Positions 60,822 through 64,000 of a stretch of DNA of 64,000 bases are shown here, piece by piece. The notes beneath the pieces were generated by a model. That model was not told the DNA's origin, did no database searches, and saw nothing but the letters and a program-made list of their open reading frames with translations. Source of the DNA: an archaeon (GTDB taxonomy: Archaea; Aenigmatarchaeota; Aenigmatarchaeia; PWEA01; JAGHBM01); assembly GCA_020355185.1 (NCBI GenBank), contig CP070662.1, forward strand, positions 350,357-414,356. Direction: 5' to 3'. Made by a program: the position numbers and the translations under genes. The number at the start of each line of letters is the position of its first letter. Position 1 is the stretch's first letter.

Positions 60822-61330
60822 ATTATCCCGATGATTTTTTCAGCAAGAAAATTTTTGGGTATGGTATTTCTTATCATAAGGGTTCCAGTAAAATTCCCGG
60901 TTTCTGTTCCGTTGAAAGTGATTTTTATAGACCTCTTCTCACTTTTCAGATAAATTTTTTCCGGCATTTTCATGTAGGGAGTTATGTCACCTTCGGAGCG
61001 AAGCTCGACCCTAGCCATCCCATCTGACCCCATGTCAATCGTTTTTGTTATGGAGGACTTTCTTGGTATGACACCAAAATTGAGCTCATATTTTTGTCCT
61101 GCCACCCCGACAGGTATGGTATCATTCTCAACTTCAATTACCTCACTCTTCATGGGATAGTACCACAGCTCTTCCCTGAACATGAAGTTTTCCGAGACTT
61201 CCATGGTGCGTTTATCAACTTTTTTTATTTCAAAGTTATGGTACAACAAAAGAAAAGACACAGAGACTATCATTATTAGAGCAAGTACCAATGTTGCAAC
61301 TATTACTATTGCAATGTTTATTTTCTTCAT
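60818..61330 (-). CDS. N-terminally anchored beta-sandwich protein (170 aa)
   Basis: Signal anchor IAIVIVATLVLALIMIVSVSFLLL. The start abuts the upstream stop. Confidence 0.6.
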   Translation of the reverse strand: MKKINIAIVIVATLVLALIMIVSVSFLLLYHNFEIKKVDKRTMEVSENFMFREELWYYPMKSEVIEVENDTIPVGVAGQKYELNFGVIPRKSSITKTIDMGSDGMARVELRSEGDITPYMKMPEKIYLKSEKRSIKITFNGTETGNFTGTLMIRNTIPKNFLAEKIIGII

Positions 61331-62299
61331 CTATCTTCTTCTCCAGTAAATGTATAACAGGATTAGTCCTATTATAAGAATTACTATCCACCAGGGGAAC
61401 TCTTCTGCTCTGACTTCCATCCTTGCAGTCACACCGGCCCTGGGTATAGTTACCATGGTCTCTTTTGTGACTTTTCCGGTAAGGTAGTCCACGGTTGCCT
61501 CAATTTTTATGTTCTTCTGTTCGTTGGTATCCAGGTCTCTCCAGAAAACCTTAAGGATGCCGGTGTTCTTTGGCGGGACCATGACGTATCCTCCGTCATA
61601 AGTACCCACGTAATATCCGGTCTCATTATAAACTTTAAGGGATGAAACTCTGGCGCTCATGGTAACCGTGCCCGAGTTCCTGAAGAGCACATCAACCGCG
61701 GCCCTGTCGCCGTTTCTTGAACCCGCGACCCCTTCTATCACGCCCTCCCTTTTGGCAACGCCGGGTATCTTGAATATGAAAAAAGGTCTGGTTATTCCTA
61801 TTGTCGAGACCCCGGTTCCGGATCCGCCGGAGGAAAGTTTGGGCTTCAAAACAACCTCATATGTGTGGTACCCTGGTTCAGCATCCGGAGGAACGTCCAT
61901 TATTATGGTCACCTTTTCGTTCGCGTTAACTATACTTCCGTCAGGAAACCTTACAGAGAAGCTTTCCCTGTTTGAGACCACTACCTTTTCCCTGAGGAAG
62001 CTTAGCCATTCCGACATATCCTCCTCCGATGCCTCGGCGGGTATAAATGTATAGCGGCCTGTCACGTTGTGGTCGAACATGGACCTCCTGCTCTCTATGA
62101 AATCCAGGCTCGTCACGAGGTCGTTCCTAGAGTTGGTCACAAGGTAAAAATCAACTGCGTACTCCCTGCCCGGTTCAAGCTCTCCTATTTGCATTACCCC
62201 GGGTGCCGCTCCAAGCGAAACCCCTCTCGCCTGCGCCAGGGTTAAGAGAAAAACCAACAAAAGGGACAGCAGAAACGGTGTTTTTTTAGCCAATCTCAA
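61331..62299 (-). CDS. Secreted two-domain beta-sandwich protein with C-terminal TM anchor (322 aa)
   Basis: TTG start 5 nt after GGAGGGG. Signal peptide LLSLLLVFLLTLAQA. Two Ig-like halves (ELEPGREYAVDFYLV..., AVDVLFRNSGTVTM...). TM + WRRR tail. Confidence 0.65.
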   Translation of the reverse strand: MRLAKKTPFLLSLLLVFLLTLAQARGVSLGAAPGVMQIGELEPGREYAVDFYLVTNSRNDLVTSLDFIESRRSMFDHNVTGRYTFIPAEASEEDMSEWLSFLREKVVVSNRESFSVRFPDGSIVNANEKVTIIMDVPPDAEPGYHTYEVVLKPKLSSGGSGTGVSTIGITRPFFIFKIPGVAKREGVIEGVAGSRNGDRAAVDVLFRNSGTVTMSARVSSLKVYNETGYYVGTYDGGYVMVPPKNTGILKVFWRDLDTNEQKNIKIEATVDYLTGKVTKETMVTIPRAGVTARMEVRAEEFPWWIVILIIGLILLYIYWRRR

Positions 62300-62333
62300 A
62301 ACCCCTCCTTTAAAAGGAAAATTTTTTATATGG

Positions 62334-62345
62334 ATATATAAATAT
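62334..62345 (-). promoter_or_regulatory. TATA box for the island's first gene (divergent promoter region)
   Basis: Minus-strand ATTTATATATCC 35-46 nt upstream of the TTG at 62299. Confidence 0.4.
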
Positions 62346-62347
62346 AC

Positions 62348-62357
62348 TTATATATTA
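62348..62357 (+). promoter_or_regulatory. TATA box for minD-like gene
   Basis: TTATATATTA about 30 nt upstream of the ATG at 62386. Confidence 0.35.
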
Positions 62358-62385
62358 AGATATTAATAATTTAATTGGGGGTCCG

Positions 62386-63150
62386 ATGAGAAAGGTAATT
62401 AGTGTGGTTTCTGGTAAAGGTGGGGTTGGTAAAACCGCCACCACTTCCAACCTTGCTCTTGCTCTGCAGGAGCTGGGTGAAAAGGTAATAGCCATAGACT
62501 GCGACATAGCCGGTTCCAACCTGGCTCTTCATCTGGATTTGCATCCCAATCCTGAGAGGAGTCTTCAGAGCGCTCTGGAGGGTAGAAAAAATGCCATTGA
62601 AGCCATAACTCTTCACAGTACCGGGCTTATGGTCATGCCCTCCTCGCATACCATAAAAGACGAAAACATAGACCGCAGGAAGTTCAAGAAGATACTAAAC
62701 CGCCTGGACGGGATAGTTCTTATAGACGCCCCGCCGGGACTCAACGAGAATCTCCACACTATAATAGACCTTTCTGACGAGGTAATAGTTGTAACCAACC
62801 CCGAGATTCCGGCAGTCGCGGATGCCATAAAAATCGTGGAGATAGTAAAGGAAAAGAAAGGGGGTACGGAAAACTGCTGGTGCGTACTGGCAAAGGTAGA
62901 TGAAATAAAAAAACAGCTCAACGAGGGGGAGATCGAGATGGCCCTTGAGTTGCCCATCATTTCCAGAATACCTTACGACAGAGAGCTGAAAAAAAGCATA
63001 TTCGACAGAGTTCCGGTTGTCAGGCACAGTCCTTACTCCAGTTCTGCCATAGAGTACAGGAAACTTGCTGCATGGCTCACTAACCAGAGTTTCGAACCGC
63101 CAAGATACGCCACCGTAATGAGATTTTTGGGAAAGTTAAGGGGAAGGTAG
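62386..63150 (+). CDS. minD: MinD/ParA-family ATPase, archaeal MinD type
   Basis: Deviant Walker A SGKGGVGKT, Walker B VLIDAPPG, and ...VVTNPEIPAVADA... Confidence 0.9.
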   Translation: MRKVISVVSGKGGVGKTATTSNLALALQELGEKVIAIDCDIAGSNLALHLDLHPNPERSLQSALEGRKNAIEAITLHSTGLMVMPSSHTIKDENIDRRKFKKILNRLDGIVLIDAPPGLNENLHTIIDLSDEVIVVTNPEIPAVADAIKIVEIVKEKKGGTENCWCVLAKVDEIKKQLNEGEIEMALELPIISRIPYDRELKKSIFDRVPVVRHSPYSSSAIEYRKLAAWLTNQSFEPPRYATVMRFLGKLRGR

Positions 63151-63151
63151 G

Positions 63152-64000
63152 ATGAAGTTCAAACTTTTGGCCATGACGTTATTCTTATTTGTATTGATGT
63201 CCGGAAGTGCCCTGGCCATAGACGTGACAGAGCTTACGCTGGAAGAAGAACGTTACATCGGAGACTCCTCCTTTCAGGCATCCTTCAAATGCGAGGGCGA
63301 GGAAAGTCCCGGAGCCAGGATAAACATAACCAAGGGAAGCTGGTGGTACTCCCCCTCGGACATCACCAAGACCAACATGGGAGATAATGTTACCCTGGTG
63401 CAGTACAACATAGACCCGGACGATCTGGACGGGACGGGAAATTATATTTTTAACGCAGTCTGCATGGGAAATGATACAGACCAGTCTTCCAGGAGTTTCG
63501 ACATATATGATTTTGAACTGGAAATACTTTCCCCAACATCCACCCTGGAACTGGTCCAGGGAGACTACCTGACCACGGTTTTCAACTTCAAAAAAATAAT
63601 AGGCTCCAGCAAGTACGACGTGGACGGGGCCAGGTTCAACATGATAGTTTCCAGGGAGGGACAGGAGCTCGTTCTTGCAAACAGCCAGACGCCGAACAAG
63701 GTCAGCGGCAACCTGGAAATGAAGACAATAATATCATACATACCAAGCGAAAAGTTCTACGGCCTTAACAATCTTATAGTGGAGTACAGCACCAGATCGG
63801 AGATCAGAGACTCGGTCAGCGATGTTATAAAGCTTAACAAGGCCTTTGAACTCTCATTTGAGGACCCCACTCCCCTGCAAATGAGCGGTGGAGGAAGTCT
63901 GGACGTACCTGTGTTTGTCAGTTCCCCCAGGCTCGGTACCGAGGATTTGTATGAACTTGAGTTTGACGTGGAAATAGACGGTTCACACGAGACAATAACC
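63152..64000 (+). CDS. Secreted protein, 3' end beyond window
   Basis: ATG 1 nt after the minD stop. Signal peptide MKFKLLAMTLFLFVLMSGSALA. The frame is open to the last base of the window. Not in the track because no stop is reached. Confidence 0.65.
   Translation, partial: MKFKLLAMTLFLFVLMSGSALAIDVTELTLEEERYIGDSSFQASFKCEGEESPGARINITKGSWWYSPSDITKTNMGDNVTLVQYNIDPDDLDGTGNYIFNAVCMGNDTDQSSRSFDIYDFELEILSPTSTLELVQGDYLTTVFNFKKIIGSSKYDVDGARFNMIVSREGQELVLANSQTPNKVSGNLEMKTIISYIPSEKFYGLNNLIVEYSTRSEIRDSVSDVIKLNKAFELSFEDPTPLQMSGGGSLDVPVFVSSPRLGTEDLYELEFDVEIDGSHETIT

Overview
Archaeal chromosomal segment. Supporting evidence: A/T-rich TATA boxes about 25-35 nt upstream of starts, RadB, Cdc48, archaeal-type TyrRS, a beta-CASP RNase, pyruvate:ferredoxin oxidoreductase, and tRNA genes that fold only after internal segments are removed. 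Compact, overlapping genes suggest a small-genome, possibly DPANN-like archaeon (inference only). nt 1-33,800 hold mostly housekeeping genes on both strands: map, cdc48, uppP, radB, pyrD-like, topA, serS, tyrS, beta-CASP RNase + rtcA, hsp20, por genes, an acdB-like gene, purC, alaX, thrC, and two tandem MoxR ATPases + DUF58. Interspersed are four heavily interrupted tRNA genes (Ser-GCU, Val-UAC, Glu-UUC, Leu-UAA, with 2, 2, 4 and 4 putative introns), two AT-rich free-standing LAGLIDADG endonuclease genes, an interrupted porA and a frameshifted purC. nt 33,806-62,299 form a 28.5-kb block of 13 co-directional minus-strand genes. Almost all encode secreted or membrane-anchored beta-sandwich proteins. 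They include a 4285-aa and a 1771-aa protein sharing near-identical terminal modules, three paralogous ~320-aa secreted proteins, and one small wHTH regulator. This block is the best candidate for an undescribed cell-surface (adhesion/filament) system. The window ends with a divergent minD-like ATPase and another secreted protein (3' truncated). No rRNA, CRISPR array, transposase or integrase was seen. Coordinates of features absent from the ORF track were derived by hand and may be off by 1-3 nt.
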